Part shown: positions 28,077-38,503 of the stretch, in pieces | Numbering within the stretch: the first letter of the stretch is position 1 | How the letters are laid out: every line of letters starts with the position of its first letter | Origin: an uncultured Gammaproteobacteria bacterium | GTDB taxonomy: Bacteria; Pseudomonadota; Gammaproteobacteria; GCA-002705445; GCA-002716945 | Assembly (NCBI GenBank): GCA_902535975.1 | Contig: CACAVP010000001.1 | Location: forward strand, 72,352 to 131,703 | Direction: 5' to 3' | DNA: 59,352 bases | The notes under the pieces: model-generated | Databases searched by the model: none | What the model was told of the DNA's origin: nothing | What the model saw: the letters and a program-made list of their open reading frames with translations, nothing else | Made by a program: the position numbers and the translations under genes

Positions 28077-29357
28077 TTACTTGTCAAATTGCTCTTCTTC
28101 GGTGCTTCCCGTAAGAGCCGTTACAGAAGATGAGCCGCCTGTGATAACTTGAGTAACAGAATCAAAATATCCTGTTCCAACTTCTCTTTGATGCTTCGTG
28201 GCTGTGTAGCCATCTTTCTCTGCAGCAAATTCAGCTTCTTGAAGTTTAACGTATGCAGTCATTTGCTCAGCGTTATATCCTTTTGATAGTTCGAACATGC
28301 TGTAGTTCAATGCGTGGAATCCAGCCAGTGTGATGAACTGAAACTTATACCCCATTGAACCAAGCTCTTTTTGGAATTTTGCAATCTGTGCATCATCAAG
28401 ATTTTTTTTCCAGTTAAATGATGGTGAGCAATTATATGCTAGGAGTTGTTCAGGGTGCTCTTTTTTAAGAGCTTCTGCGAATTTTTTGGCGAAATCTAGA
28501 TCCGGCACTCCTGTCTCACACCAGACCAAATCGGCGTATGGCGCGTATGCTAGACCTCTAGAAATGGCTTGATCAATTCCGTTTTTGACTCGATAGAATC
28601 CCTCAGATGTTCTCTCTCCTGTAGTGAATTCCCTGTCTCTCTCGTCGACATCGCTAGTTAATAAATTCGCTGCCTCAGCATCAGTTCTAGCAAGAAGTAC
28701 AGTTGGTGTATTGTAAATATCTGCAGCTAATCTTGCCGCTGCAAGCTTTTGGACAGCCTCTTGCGTAGGAACAAGAACCTTGCCGCCCATATGGCCACAT
28801 TTTTTTGCTGAAGCGAGTTGATCCTCAAAGTGAACGCCTGCTGCACCTGCTTCAATCATCGCTTTCATAAGTTCGTGAGCATTTAATACGCCTCCGAAAC
28901 CTGCCTCTGCATCTGCGACTATAGGTAGCATATAATCTACAGGTTCATTGCCCTCAGCTATGTTTAATTGATCAGCTCTTCTCAACGAATTGTTTATACG
29001 TTTAACGACAGCAGGGACACTATCTACTGGGTATAAAGATTGATCTGGATACATTTGCATTCCAGTATTTGCATCGCCCGCAACCTGCCAACCAGACAAA
29101 TAAACAGCTCTAAGACCAGCTTTTGCTTGCTGCATGGCTTGATTGCCAGTTAATGCTCCCAGAGCATTTACAAAATCGCTATTATTAATCTCGCTCCAAA
29201 GTTTTTCCGCACCCTGTTTGGCTAAACTGTATTCAATATTGACGCTACCGCTTAATTTAGCTACTTCTTCAGCAGAATAGTCTCGTTTAACATTTTTCCA
29301 TCTCGGGTTACTATCCCAATCTTTTTGAATATCTTGTGCGGATCTTATTTTGTTCAT
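28077..29357 (-). CDS. aceA: Isocitrate lyase
   Basis: [24 protein letters not shown] and [10 protein letters not shown]. Start at ATG 29357 behind SD GAGG (track starts at 29435). Confidence 0.97.
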   Translation of the reverse strand: MNKIRSAQDIQKDWDSNPRWKNVKRDYSAEEVAKLSGSVNIEYSLAKQGAEKLWSEINNSDFVNALGALTGNQAMQQAKAGLRAVYLSGWQVAGDANTGMQMYPDQSLYPVDSVPAVVKRINNSLRRADQLNIAEGNEPVDYMLPIVADAEAGFGGVLNAHELMKAMIEAGAAGVHFEDQLASAKKCGHMGGKVLVPTQEAVQKLAAARLAADIYNTPTVLLARTDAEAANLLTSDVDERDREFTTGERTSEGFYRVKNGIDQAISRGLAYAPYADLVWCETGVPDLDFAKKFAEALKKEHPEQLLAYNCSPSFNWKKNLDDAQIAKFQKELGSMGYKFQFITLAGFHALNYSMFELSKGYNAEQMTAYVKLQEAEFAAEKDGYTATKHQREVGTGYFDSVTQVITGGSSSVTALTGSTEEEQFDK

Positions 29358-29487
29358 TGCTACCTCTTTGGACTTTAAAAATAATTGGCTTGATGATACT
29401 ACTTGTGAGATTAATTGACAAATCAAATAGCCCAATTATTATCATGATTTAGTAATTTAAATAAAATATAGTTGATATGGATAAATA

Positions 29488-30576
29488 ATGGCGAATTCTA
29501 AGGTGAAAGTAGCGGTAGGCATGTCTGGTGGAGTAGATTCATCTATAGCAGCATATCTCCTGTCAGAGTCCGGCTACGAAGTTAAAGGAATATTCATGAA
29601 GAACTGGGAAGAAGATGATAGTGATGAATGCTCATCTAAAGAGGATTTTGAAGATGCGCGCAGAGTATGTAAACATTTGGGTATAGAACTTAACCTTGTA
29701 AATTTTTCAGATAAATATTGGACTAGCGTTTTTGAAACTTTCATCAATGAGCTAAAAAAAGGGTTTACACCAAATCCAGATGTTTTTTGCAATAAAGAGA
29801 TTAAGTTCAAACAATATTATGATTATGCAATGTCTCTAGATTTTGATTTGATAGCTACAGGACATTATGCGCGCAAAGAGAATATTTCAGATCCCGAGTT
29901 GCATATACCAAAAGACATTATCAAAGATCAAACATATTTTTTATATATGATGAAAGAAGATGTATTAAGAAACACTCTGTTCCCATTAGAACAATTAAAT
30001 AAAGATGAGGTTAAAAGAATCGCTAAAGACCTCAATCTTAATTTGAACGACAAAAAAGAGAGTATGGGAATTTGTTTTATTGGTAAAAGAAAATTCTCAT
30101 CGTTCATTGACAAATATATTGAACCAAAAAAAGGTAATATAATTGAGTACAATACAAATAAAAATATTGGGTGTCATTTTGGCCTAACTAAATATACAGT
30201 TGGCCAAAGAAAAGGTATTAATATTGGTGGAGTAAAAGGCTCATCAGATAGTCCATGGTATGTAATTGATAAAGATATAAAAAAGAATGAGCTCTACGTG
30301 AGTCAAGATCAGTCACCTCTAATTTATTCAGGTCAAATTGAGTTATCTGATTTAAATTTAATAAATAAAGAAATTGGAAAGAATAATATTAAAGTTAGAT
30401 TTCGTCATGGAGGTAAGCTTAGAGATTGTGATTTTAATATAGTAGATAATAAATATATACTTACATTAAAGGAAAGAGAGAGAGCTATTGCGCCTGGACA
30501 AGCAGCCGTATTATATCAGGATACTCATTGTCTTGGTGGTGGGATTATTAAATCAAAATGTTTAAACGAGAATTAA
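29488..30576 (+). CDS. mnmA: tRNA-specific 2-thiouridylase
   Basis: MSGGVDSS, PNPDVFCN, ATGHYA, KDQTYFL, SMGICFIG and PGQAAVLY. Confidence 0.96.
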   Translation: MANSKVKVAVGMSGGVDSSIAAYLLSESGYEVKGIFMKNWEEDDSDECSSKEDFEDARRVCKHLGIELNLVNFSDKYWTSVFETFINELKKGFTPNPDVFCNKEIKFKQYYDYAMSLDFDLIATGHYARKENISDPELHIPKDIIKDQTYFLYMMKEDVLRNTLFPLEQLNKDEVKRIAKDLNLNLNDKKESMGICFIGKRKFSSFIDKYIEPKKGNIIEYNTNKNIGCHFGLTKYTVGQRKGINIGGVKGSSDSPWYVIDKDIKKNELYVSQDQSPLIYSGQIELSDLNLINKEIGKNNIKVRFRHGGKLRDCDFNIVDNKYILTLKERERAIAPGQAAVLYQDTHCLGGGIIKSKCLNEN

Positions 30577-31166
30577 AAAACGAAACTATATCTCTGGGAG
30601 CTATATATCAGGCATGTAATGAAATCAAAAAAATTGCATGGCAAGGAGAAATTAACAATAATATCATCGAACCGTTAATCAATAGCGTATATCAAACAAC
30701 ATCAGAGGAAATAGAGGATGTCTTCATCAGCATAAAAAGACTTAACACTGGTCTAGATTTTCTAAGGAGACAGCTCGTCGGTGATGCCTTCTCAAGAGAT
30801 GGAGAAGTCTCAAGATATTTTGAAGCAATAGGGATATTAGTTAAAAATATGAATAAAAAAGATGAGGTGCTTAATAAATTAAGAACAGAACTAACTAAGC
30901 AATCTCTGCCTATTAATGAGGATAATCTGGATCAACATGCTTTATTTTTATCCGAGTTATATTTGAGTACAATTAGTACAGTTGAGCCACGTATTATAGT
31001 CAATGGTGACAATAAGTATCTCACAGATAAAAAAAATGCAGCTATGATAAGGTCTTTACTGCTTTGTGCAATAAGATCCTATATTTTATGGCAACAATCA
31101 GGAGGTTCTAAATTTAGAATCTTTATATTCAAAAAGAAAATTGCAGAGTTGGCTGTTAAGCTTTAG
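30558..31166 (+). CDS. hflD: HflD-like high-frequency lysogenization protein
   Basis: Follows mnmA; EPRIIVNG and IRSLLLCAIRSYILWQQSGG motifs. Confidence 0.85.
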   Translation: MFKRELKNETISLGAIYQACNEIKKIAWQGEINNNIIEPLINSVYQTTSEEIEDVFISIKRLNTGLDFLRRQLVGDAFSRDGEVSRYFEAIGILVKNMNKKDEVLNKLRTELTKQSLPINEDNLDQHALFLSELYLSTISTVEPRIIVNGDNKYLTDKKNAAMIRSLLLCAIRSYILWQQSGGSKFRIFIFKKKIAELAVKL

Positions 31167-31167
31167 T

Positions 31168-33753
31168 TTAATTAGCTAATTTTTTCAAGACATAATTAAG
31201 TATTCCATCATTGACGAAATATTCCCATTCCTTAGCTGTGTCGATTCTAACTTTGACCTCGAATTTTTTGCTTGAGTTGTCTTCAATAATAAAAACTGTT
31301 TTTGCTGTTTTATGTATAGACTCAATAGTAAAAGATGATTCCATAGATAAACCAAGCGAGTCAAAAGTGTCGCCTTTATCAAACTGAAGCGGCATTATTC
31401 CCATACCGACTAAATTTGATCGATGGATCCTTTCAAAACTCTCCGCAATTACAGCCTTGACGCCTAACAATTTTGTCCCTTTAGCGGCCCAATCACGTGA
31501 TGAGCCACAACCGTAGTCTTTACCAGCAAATATAATCAGGTTAGTATCAGTTTTCTTATACTCCTGTGCAGCATCGTAAATAGACATTTCGCTACCATTT
31601 AGAAGATATTTAGTGTACCCACCAGTTTTTTCTGGGACTAATTTATTAGATAGTCGAACATTTGCAAAAGTTCCTCTTTGCATTATCTTAAAATTCCCTC
31701 TTCTAGAACCATATGAATTAAAGTCCTTAACGTTAACTGAGTTTTCAATTAAGTGTTTACCTGCTGGTGTAGTATCTTTGAAAGAGCCAGCCGGAGATAT
31801 GTGATCTGTTGTAACGCTATCACCTAGTATGACTAGAGGATATGCAGACTCTATGGCAGGTAATAATTCATGGTTATCTTTACCCTCACCAAAGAAAGGA
31901 GATGGCTGTATATATGTCGATTGTTCATCCCAGTCAAATTGATCGGAATCTGAAGTTGGAATTGATGACCAGTTGTCATCACCATCAAATAGGTTCTCAT
32001 AAGATTGATTGAACATATCCCCATCAATAGTTTTTGCCATGACATCATTTATCTCGCTATTTGAAGGCCATATGTCCTTGAGATACACGTCTACACCTTC
32101 TGCGTCTTGTCCGAGTATTGTCTGATTGATATCAATATTAATTTTTCCAACAAGGGAATATGCAACAACAAGCATTGGGCTAGCTAAGAAATTCATTTTA
32201 ATCTCAGGATGTATTCTTCCTTCAAAGTTTCTGTTACCTGATAAAATAGAACTAACAATAAGATCTCTGTCATTAATTTCCTTGACATACTTCTCATCCA
32301 ACGGTCCTGAATTACCAATACATGTTGTACATCCGTACCCAACAATGTTGAAACCTAGTTGGTTCAGAGAGTCCAAAAGGTCTGCCTTTTTTAAATAATT
32401 TTCAACAACCCTTGATCCAGGCGCTAGAGATGTTTTAACCCAATCTTTTGTGGATAAACCCTTTTCGATTGCATTTTTAGCTAAAAGGCCTGCGCCTATT
32501 ATGACGCTTGGATTTGATGTATTAGTACAGCTTGTTATTGCAGCAATCAATATATCACCATCATTTATGACTCCAGTTGTTTTTTCTGTTTTTTTGAGAC
32601 TACTAATCTCTTTCTCAGAGATTTTCTTTACATCAGATAACAGCACCCTGTCTTGGGGCCTTTTAGGTCCAGATAAACAAGCTTGTACTTTACTCATATC
32701 TAGAGATAAAGTATCTGTATATTTTATATTTTGACTATCATCTCTAAAAAATCCACACTCTTTACTGTAATTATCAACAATTTTTAAATGTTCTTCATCT
32801 TTGCCAGTCATTTTTAGATAGTCAATGGTAAGTGAGTCAATTGGAAAAAATCCACAGGTTGCTCCATATTCAGGTGCCATATTCGATATTGTGCATCTGT
32901 CTGCAATAGTCAAACTGTCTAAACCTGAGCCATAAAATTCAACGAACTTTCCTACAACATTCTTTTCGCGTAGCATCTGCACAATTGTAAGAACCAGGTC
33001 GGTTGCAGTAGTTGTCTGTCCAAGCTCTCCAGTGAGTTCAAATCCAATAACTTCTGGAAGTAACATTGGTATCGGTTGCCCCAGCATCGCAGCTTCAGCC
33101 TCTATGCCACCTACACCCCAACCCAAAACACCTAAGCCGTTTACCATAGTTGTATGAGAGTCTGTTCCTACTACCGTGTCAGGATAAAGCATGCCTTCTT
33201 TCTCATATATAACTCTTGCGATGTATTCAATATTAATCTGGTGAATGATTCCATTGTTAGGAGGTACAATACGCAAATTTTTAAATGCTTGTTGGCCCCA
33301 CTTTAATAGTTTATACCTTTCAGTATTTCTCTCATACTCAAGCTTTGTATTTAAATCCTTTGATTCTGATGTCCCAAAATGATCAACCATAACAGAGTGG
33401 TCTATGACAAGGTCTGTTTGACATTGAGGGTTTACGACATCAGATTTTGAAGCATCCAGGGATTTCATAGCATCACGCATTGACGCAAGATCGACCACAG
33501 CAGGGACACCTGTAAAGTCTTGCATTATCACCCTACTTGGATAAAAAGTTAGCTCAGTGTTTTTATCGGCGGTCCCATCCCAATTAATAAACTTGTCAAT
33601 AATAGATTCATATTTTGAATTATCTGATTCGTTTCTCAAATAGTTTTCCATAAGTACTCTAAGGGAATATGGTAAGTGGTCTATCTTATATTTTTTTATA
33701 TTGAATATTCGAAAGTTACTATTATTTATAGAAATCTCTGTTTTTTCTGACAT
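31168..33753 (-). CDS. acnA: Aconitate hydratase A
   Basis: LPYSLRVLMEN, QDFTGVP, DHS, GTDSHT, AAITSCTNTSNP, GCTTCIGNSG, TTDHISPAG and GSSRDWAAKG. Confidence 0.97.
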   Translation of the reverse strand: MSEKTEISINNSNFRIFNIKKYKIDHLPYSLRVLMENYLRNESDNSKYESIIDKFINWDGTADKNTELTFYPSRVIMQDFTGVPAVVDLASMRDAMKSLDASKSDVVNPQCQTDLVIDHSVMVDHFGTSESKDLNTKLEYERNTERYKLLKWGQQAFKNLRIVPPNNGIIHQINIEYIARVIYEKEGMLYPDTVVGTDSHTTMVNGLGVLGWGVGGIEAEAAMLGQPIPMLLPEVIGFELTGELGQTTTATDLVLTIVQMLREKNVVGKFVEFYGSGLDSLTIADRCTISNMAPEYGATCGFFPIDSLTIDYLKMTGKDEEHLKIVDNYSKECGFFRDDSQNIKYTDTLSLDMSKVQACLSGPKRPQDRVLLSDVKKISEKEISSLKKTEKTTGVINDGDILIAAITSCTNTSNPSVIIGAGLLAKNAIEKGLSTKDWVKTSLAPGSRVVENYLKKADLLDSLNQLGFNIVGYGCTTCIGNSGPLDEKYVKEINDRDLIVSSILSGNRNFEGRIHPEIKMNFLASPMLVVAYSLVGKINIDINQTILGQDAEGVDVYLKDIWPSNSEINDVMAKTIDGDMFNQSYENLFDGDDNWSSIPTSDSDQFDWDEQSTYIQPSPFFGEGKDNHELLPAIESAYPLVILGDSVTTDHISPAGSFKDTTPAGKHLIENSVNVKDFNSYGSRRGNFKIMQRGTFANVRLSNKLVPEKTGGYTKYLLNGSEMSIYDAAQEYKKTDTNLIIFAGKDYGCGSSRDWAAKGTKLLGVKAVIAESFERIHRSNLVGMGIMPLQFDKGDTFDSLGLSMESSFTIESIHKTAKTVFIIEDNSSKKFEVKVRIDTAKEWEYFVNDGILNYVLKKLAN

Positions 33754-33783
33754 TATTTTTCCCTCTAGAATAGAATTTGCCGT

Positions 33784-33792
33784 ATTCTAACA
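33784..33792 (-). promoter_or_regulatory. Extended -10 element (TGtTAGAAT) upstream of acnA
   Basis: Consensus match 30 nt upstream of the ATG, followed by SD GAGGG. Confidence 0.42.
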
Positions 33793-33816
33793 AAAAAGTA
33801 AGATTAATTCTATGAA

Positions 33817-34245
33817 TTACTTAGGCGGCAACTTCTTTTGAACACTTTCAATATACATGCCTAATGAATCTTTGTTTGGTGAGCTATGCTTTTTTACAAC
33901 AACATCTTGGCCGTCTTTCTTGAGACTATTATATTTTCTTATGAACCTATTAAGGTCTATATTCTTTTTCATTCGATAAAGTCTCGGCTCTCTATTTTTT
34001 TCTTTAATCAAAATCAGTAAATTATCACCATCAATATAACTATTTAGAATATAAAAACTTTCAGGTAAGTCTTGGTTTACTGCATATCCTTCATTATTTT
34101 TTATATTTTGAAATAAAGCTATGAAAATAAGAGAAATACTCAAAGCAATAATAATTTTAAAATGAAACTTCTTATTTCTTAAGAAATTGTGAATGAGTAC
34201 AACATATATAACCAGTAACAATAGTAAATATAAGTATAGACTCAT
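33817..34245 (-). CDS. Hypothetical membrane-anchored protein (third gene of the MotA/ExbB-like module)
   Basis: Two N-terminal hydrophobic segments and a basic soluble C-terminus (EPRLYR motif); 4 nt after the upstream gene. Confidence 0.75.
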   Translation of the reverse strand: MSLYLYLLLLLVIYVVLIHNFLRNKKFHFKIIIALSISLIFIALFQNIKNNEGYAVNQDLPESFYILNSYIDGDNLLILIKEKNREPRLYRMKKNIDLNRFIRKYNSLKKDGQDVVVKKHSSPNKDSLGMYIESVQKKLPPK

Positions 34246-34249
34246 GAGT

Positions 34250-34861
34250 TTAAAAGCCTTTCAAATTATACGGCGTCAATATCTTCTTTTGATTGTCACC
34301 TGATGAGTAGTCGCCATTTTCATCAAGATAAAATCTAGTTACAGTTACCTCGGTATCTTTCTCAGCTAATGTTATATTGTTAGCATAAACTAGTTTTAGT
34401 GTTGGATTCACTTTTTCTATTATAACTTTCACATCCACAGGTAATTTGCTTTTATGTTCATAGAGATATAAATTTATAATATATTCACCTGGTATTATTC
34501 CTCTCAAGGTGACTACCTCTCTGTTGATTGGATAAATTATATCCTCTCCATCAATCGTAACAATATCATTCACAATTCCTTGATCGTCCCTGTCAAGATG
34601 TAACCATCCAGCATCTTTTTTTAAATACGAAACTGTTTCACCATTAGGATCTTGTACCCAAATATCTACATCATCTGGGAGACTATCTTTCCAATCAACT
34701 GTAACAATGTACTCTGCTTTCATATTTACATTACCTATTTTAGATATTGGATTTATGAAAAGAACAGTTATGAAAAATAAGAATGTAAATCCCAATAATG
34801 TGTTAAAAAGTAAGTCGGTAAAAGGCTCTGTCCTAGTTCTAGTCTTTCTTCTCATTATCAT
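34250..34861 (-). CDS. Single-pass protein with MotB/ExbD-like TM Asp and an extracytoplasmic domain
   Basis: RRK then PFTDLLFNTLLGFTFLFFITVLF; W-DDVDIWVQDPNGE-V-Y and HLDRDDQG. Start may be 34855. Confidence 0.75.
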   Translation of the reverse strand: MIMRRKTRTRTEPFTDLLFNTLLGFTFLFFITVLFINPISKIGNVNMKAEYIVTVDWKDSLPDDVDIWVQDPNGETVSYLKKDAGWLHLDRDDQGIVNDIVTIDGEDIIYPINREVVTLRGIIPGEYIINLYLYEHKSKLPVDVKVIIEKVNPTLKLVYANNITLAEKDTEVTVTRFYLDENGDYSSGDNQKKILTPYNLKGF

Positions 34862-35480
34862 CTGAACTTAAAATCTTACTGATAAAATTATTAATTTTAT
34901 TTTCAAAATAATTATTTTGTATAGTTAGGAGTATTGAGCAGATTAATCCGCTTAATGTTGTATAAAGAGCTACTTTCATTCCGCTACTCATACTTAATAA
35001 GAGATTATTCATTTTTGATAAATTCATTTCATCTATGGTTGATAAAGAGCTAAGCATTATAATAAAACCGATCACTGTTCCAATAATTCCAAGTTTTAAT
35101 AGTATGTCAGCAACAAAAAATCCGTTATCCACAATTTCATATAGTCTTGATTTCAATTGTTCTTGAAAAGACTTATTATTTGAAGTGTTTGATAATGAAG
35201 ATCTATACTCATCTAAAATTTCAATGAATATATTATTATTTGAACTACTATTTTCTTGAATTAGACTATTAATAGCATATCTAAGTTTGTATAAGTGGTA
35301 TCCTCCTCGAAACAAATAGAACGTAAAAATGGATACAATGATAGATGATATATAACTTATGTCTTCTCTAAATAATCCTGATATGAAGTCGAATGATTCA
35401 AGGATATAAATAGATATCAAAATTATAGAAACAAAATAAATCCAGTAGATAAAGATATTATCTATGTTACCGTTTTTCAT
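34839..35480 (-). CDS. MotA/TolQ/ExbB proton channel family protein
   Basis: Two N-terminal TMs; KLGIIGTVIGF and GMKVALYTTLSG signatures. Confidence 0.88.
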   Translation of the reverse strand: MKNGNIDNIFIYWIYFVSIILISIYILESFDFISGLFREDISYISSIIVSIFTFYLFRGGYHLYKLRYAINSLIQENSSSNNNIFIEILDEYRSSLSNTSNNKSFQEQLKSRLYEIVDNGFFVADILLKLGIIGTVIGFIIMLSSLSTIDEMNLSKMNNLLLSMSSGMKVALYTTLSGLICSILLTIQNNYFENKINNFISKILSSDDNEKKD

Positions 35481-36860
35481 TTATATCAATTTTTTTGGAT
35501 CTAGTATCTTTATGAGTTCTGTTTTCGTCAGAGTAGTCATTTTTTCAGCGACATCGAAGATAGAGCTATTAGTTCTGTATGCTTCTTTCACAACCTTAGA
35601 TGCTAAGTCGTATCCTATTACCTGATTAAGCTTTGTTGCAATTATAGGGTTTCTTAATAAATTTTCGTTAACAGAAGTCTCGTTTACTGTAAAGCTATCA
35701 ATAAGATCTATCATGCTAAAAGTAGAATTTATCATAAGATATAATGACTCAATAATATTATGGGCTATCAAGGGAAGCATGGTATTCAGCTGGAAGTTAC
35801 CACTACTAGAGGCTTGCACGATAGTACTATGATTTCCATTGACTTGGGTTGCTGCCATCATTATAGATTCCGATAGAACAGGATTAATTTTACCTGGCAT
35901 AATGCTGCTGCCTGGCTGAAGAGCTTTGAGGGTAATCTCTGAGAGTCCTGATATCGGACCACTGTTCATCCATCGAATATCATTTGCAATTTTTAATAAA
36001 GTAGACGCATATCTGGTGAGCGCAGAGCTCAGAGTGAGTATGTGATTTTGAGAGCTCATCATTTCTCCTTTTATCTCAAGAGGCTTAAATTTTATCTTCA
36101 TTTCACTGTATATTTTGTTCAACTCTTGACAAACATTCCTACTGAATTTTTTAGGAGAATTTATTCCTGTACCAATAGCAGTGCCACCAATAGGTAGGTA
36201 TGATATTTCTTCACATGATAAATCTATTTGTGATTGAGAAGCTCTCACCTGCTCTTCCCAGACATTTAGTTCTTGCTCAAAAGAAATGGGTACAGCGTCC
36301 ATCAGATGAGTCCTTCCCGATTTTATAATGTGAGCCAAAGATTTTGATCTAGCATTTATTGAATCACAAAGATAATTAATGGACATTGAAAGGCTTTTGC
36401 TCATTGTAAGACTAGATATATTGATGGTTGTTGGTATGACATCATTTGAACTCTGCGACATGTTTACATCATCATTGGGATGTACGTCTTTTTTATAATC
36501 TCTTTTTGCAATATTAGATATTACTTCGTTCATATTCATGTTTGTGCTTGTCCCAGAGCCAGTTTGAAATATGTCAACCGGAAAGTGATCCATGAAATCA
36601 TGTATATTAGACGAGATCTTATTAGCAACTGATGAGATACAGGTGGCTTTATTCTTTGGTAAGACCTTGCAGCTAGCATTTGCTCTTGCACAAGCAGTTT
36701 TTAGATTCGATAATGCTTGAATGAATGCAGGATCAAAAGTAATCCCGCTGATTTTAAAGTTATCTATTGCCCTTTGAGTTTGTGCTCCATAGAGTGCATT
36801 CCTTGCTACTTTAACTTTACCTAAGGAGTCTGTTTCAATCCTATAATTATTTTTTTTCAT
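35481..36860 (-). CDS. fumC: Fumarate hydratase class II
   Basis: YGAQTQRA, QTGSGTSTNMN, HPNDDVN, GRTHLMDA and GSSIMPGKINP. Confidence 0.96.
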   Translation of the reverse strand: MKKNNYRIETDSLGKVKVARNALYGAQTQRAIDNFKISGITFDPAFIQALSNLKTACARANASCKVLPKNKATCISSVANKISSNIHDFMDHFPVDIFQTGSGTSTNMNMNEVISNIAKRDYKKDVHPNDDVNMSQSSNDVIPTTINISSLTMSKSLSMSINYLCDSINARSKSLAHIIKSGRTHLMDAVPISFEQELNVWEEQVRASQSQIDLSCEEISYLPIGGTAIGTGINSPKKFSRNVCQELNKIYSEMKIKFKPLEIKGEMMSSQNHILTLSSALTRYASTLLKIANDIRWMNSGPISGLSEITLKALQPGSSIMPGKINPVLSESIMMAATQVNGNHSTIVQASSSGNFQLNTMLPLIAHNIIESLYLMINSTFSMIDLIDSFTVNETSVNENLLRNPIIATKLNQVIGYDLASKVVKEAYRTNSSIFDVAEKMTTLTKTELIKILDPKKLI

Positions 36861-36892
36861 ATACTTAGTAAATATAATTAAAACTAATTCTA

Positions 36893-36901
36893 TGGTATAA
36901 T
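36893..36901 (+). promoter_or_regulatory. Extended -10 element (TGgTATAAT) upstream of purB
   Basis: Perfect consensus 23 nt before ATG 36925. Confidence 0.52.
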
Positions 36902-36924
36902 ACCATTTTAAAAACCTGTTTAAT

Positions 36925-38289
36925 ATGAAAAATTATAATCTCAACATTTCTGCACCTACAGATGGAAGATATAGTGGTCTATGCGAGGAAATAAATAAAA
37001 TATTCTCTGAACATAATTTGATTAAAATGCGGGTTAAAGCTGAAATTGAATGGTTCATTTTTTTATCTAATCAAAAAAGCATTGAATCTTTACCAAAGTT
37101 TTCAGAATCGCAGACTGGGAATCTCAGAAAAATATATCAAGATTTTGGTTCAAAAGAATCATCGAGTGTAAAAAAAATTGAGGATACTACAAAGCATGAT
37201 GTGAAGGCTGTTGAATACTTCATAAAAAATAAAATCAAAAATAATAATTTACTAAATAAATATAAAGAGCACATTCATATATGCTGTACCTCGGAAGATA
37301 TTAATAACATTGCCTATTCTCTCATGATTAAAGAAGGAAGAGATCTTTTGATCTATCAAGCTAATATGCTTCAAAGAACAATTAAGTCAATGGCTAAAAA
37401 ATATAAAAATATAGCTATGTTATCTCATACTCATGGACAAGCAGCTTCACCAACTACCATGGGCAAAGAGTTTATTAATTTTTATAGGCGTCTCGATGCT
37501 CAAATACATGATCTTAATAACATTGAAATCAAAGGTAAGTTTAATGGGGCTACTGGAAACTATTCAGCCCACAGCGTCACATATCCAAAAGTGAATTGGC
37601 CAAACACCATGAGGAAGTTCGTTAATAGTTTAAAGCTTGAATTCAACAGTCATACTACACAAATAGAGCCACATGACTATATAGCTGACTTATGTCATAA
37701 AATTAATCATATAAATTCAATTTTAATTGGATTCTCACAGGATGTTTGGGCATATATTTCAAAAAACTACTTCACTCAAAAAAATATCAAAGGTGAAATT
37801 GGTTCCTCAACGATGCCGCATAAAATTAATCCAATAAATTTTGAGAACGCTGAAGGAAATCTTGGAATGAGTAATGCTATATCGAATTATTTTTCTAATA
37901 AACTAGTGATATCAAGACTGCAGCGTGATCTGTCAGATTCAACTGTACTTAGAAATATCGGTCTTGTATTCGCATACTCAATTGTTGCATATAAAAATAT
38001 TTCATTAGGTCTTAGTAAACTCGATATCAACAAACAAAAAATTAATGATGATCTTGATGAGTGTTGGGAAATATTAGCCGAGCCCATACAAATGGTTGCA
38101 AGAAAATATCATATATCAAACTCGTATGAATATCTCAAAAAAAATACACGTGGTAAGAAAGTTGATAAGGGAGTAATTGAGAAAATTATTACAAACTTAC
38201 ATATACCGGAAAATGAAAAAAGTAGACTTCTAGAATTGACTCCTCGAAAATACATAGGCTATGCGTGTAAGCTTTGTGATGTTAAATAA
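36925..38289 (+). CDS. purB: Adenylosuccinate lyase
   Basis: PTDGRY, TKHDVKAVEYF, TSEDINN, THGQAASPTT, GSSTMPHKINP and LQRDLSDST. Confidence 0.97.
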   Translation: MKNYNLNISAPTDGRYSGLCEEINKIFSEHNLIKMRVKAEIEWFIFLSNQKSIESLPKFSESQTGNLRKIYQDFGSKESSSVKKIEDTTKHDVKAVEYFIKNKIKNNNLLNKYKEHIHICCTSEDINNIAYSLMIKEGRDLLIYQANMLQRTIKSMAKKYKNIAMLSHTHGQAASPTTMGKEFINFYRRLDAQIHDLNNIEIKGKFNGATGNYSAHSVTYPKVNWPNTMRKFVNSLKLEFNSHTTQIEPHDYIADLCHKINHINSILIGFSQDVWAYISKNYFTQKNIKGEIGSSTMPHKINPINFENAEGNLGMSNAISNYFSNKLVISRLQRDLSDSTVLRNIGLVFAYSIVAYKNISLGLSKLDINKQKINDDLDECWEILAEPIQMVARKYHISNSYEYLKKNTRGKKVDKGVIEKIITNLHIPENEKSRLLELTPRKYIGYACKLCDVK

Positions 38290-38503
38290 TCATGACATTA
38301 TAAGTTTAATTGAAAATCGTTTAGACAGTGTGAGTGCTGAATACCAATCCGTAGATAATAAGATTGAAATTTATAGACTTGATGGAGATTTAATAATCTT
38401 AGAGATTAACCAAAACTTATTCTCGATTTTATATAGAGAAAAGAAATATGATTTTAAAGAATCAGATCAATTTTTTAATAAATTAGAAGAATTAATTACT
38501 TAA
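38279..38503 (+). CDS. Hypothetical 74-aa acidic protein
   Basis: ORF overlapping the purB end (ATG 38279) and the convergent lysS stop; no family recognised. Confidence 0.55.
   Translation: MLNNHDIISLIENRLDSVSAEYQSVDNKIEIYRLDGDLIILEINQNLFSILYREKKYDFKESDQFFNKLEELIT

Noticed and set aside
30558-31166. hflD, hflK and hflC as signs of a prophage
   Set aside because: These are conserved host genes in their normal chromosomal positions; no phage structural genes are present.
33817-35480. Calling the motor module Zorya, a flagellar stator or TolQR/ExbBD-TonB
   Set aside because: No long ZorA tail, no OmpA-like domain, no zorC/D/E, no flagellar genes, no proline-rich TonB/TolA and no tolB/pal nearby.
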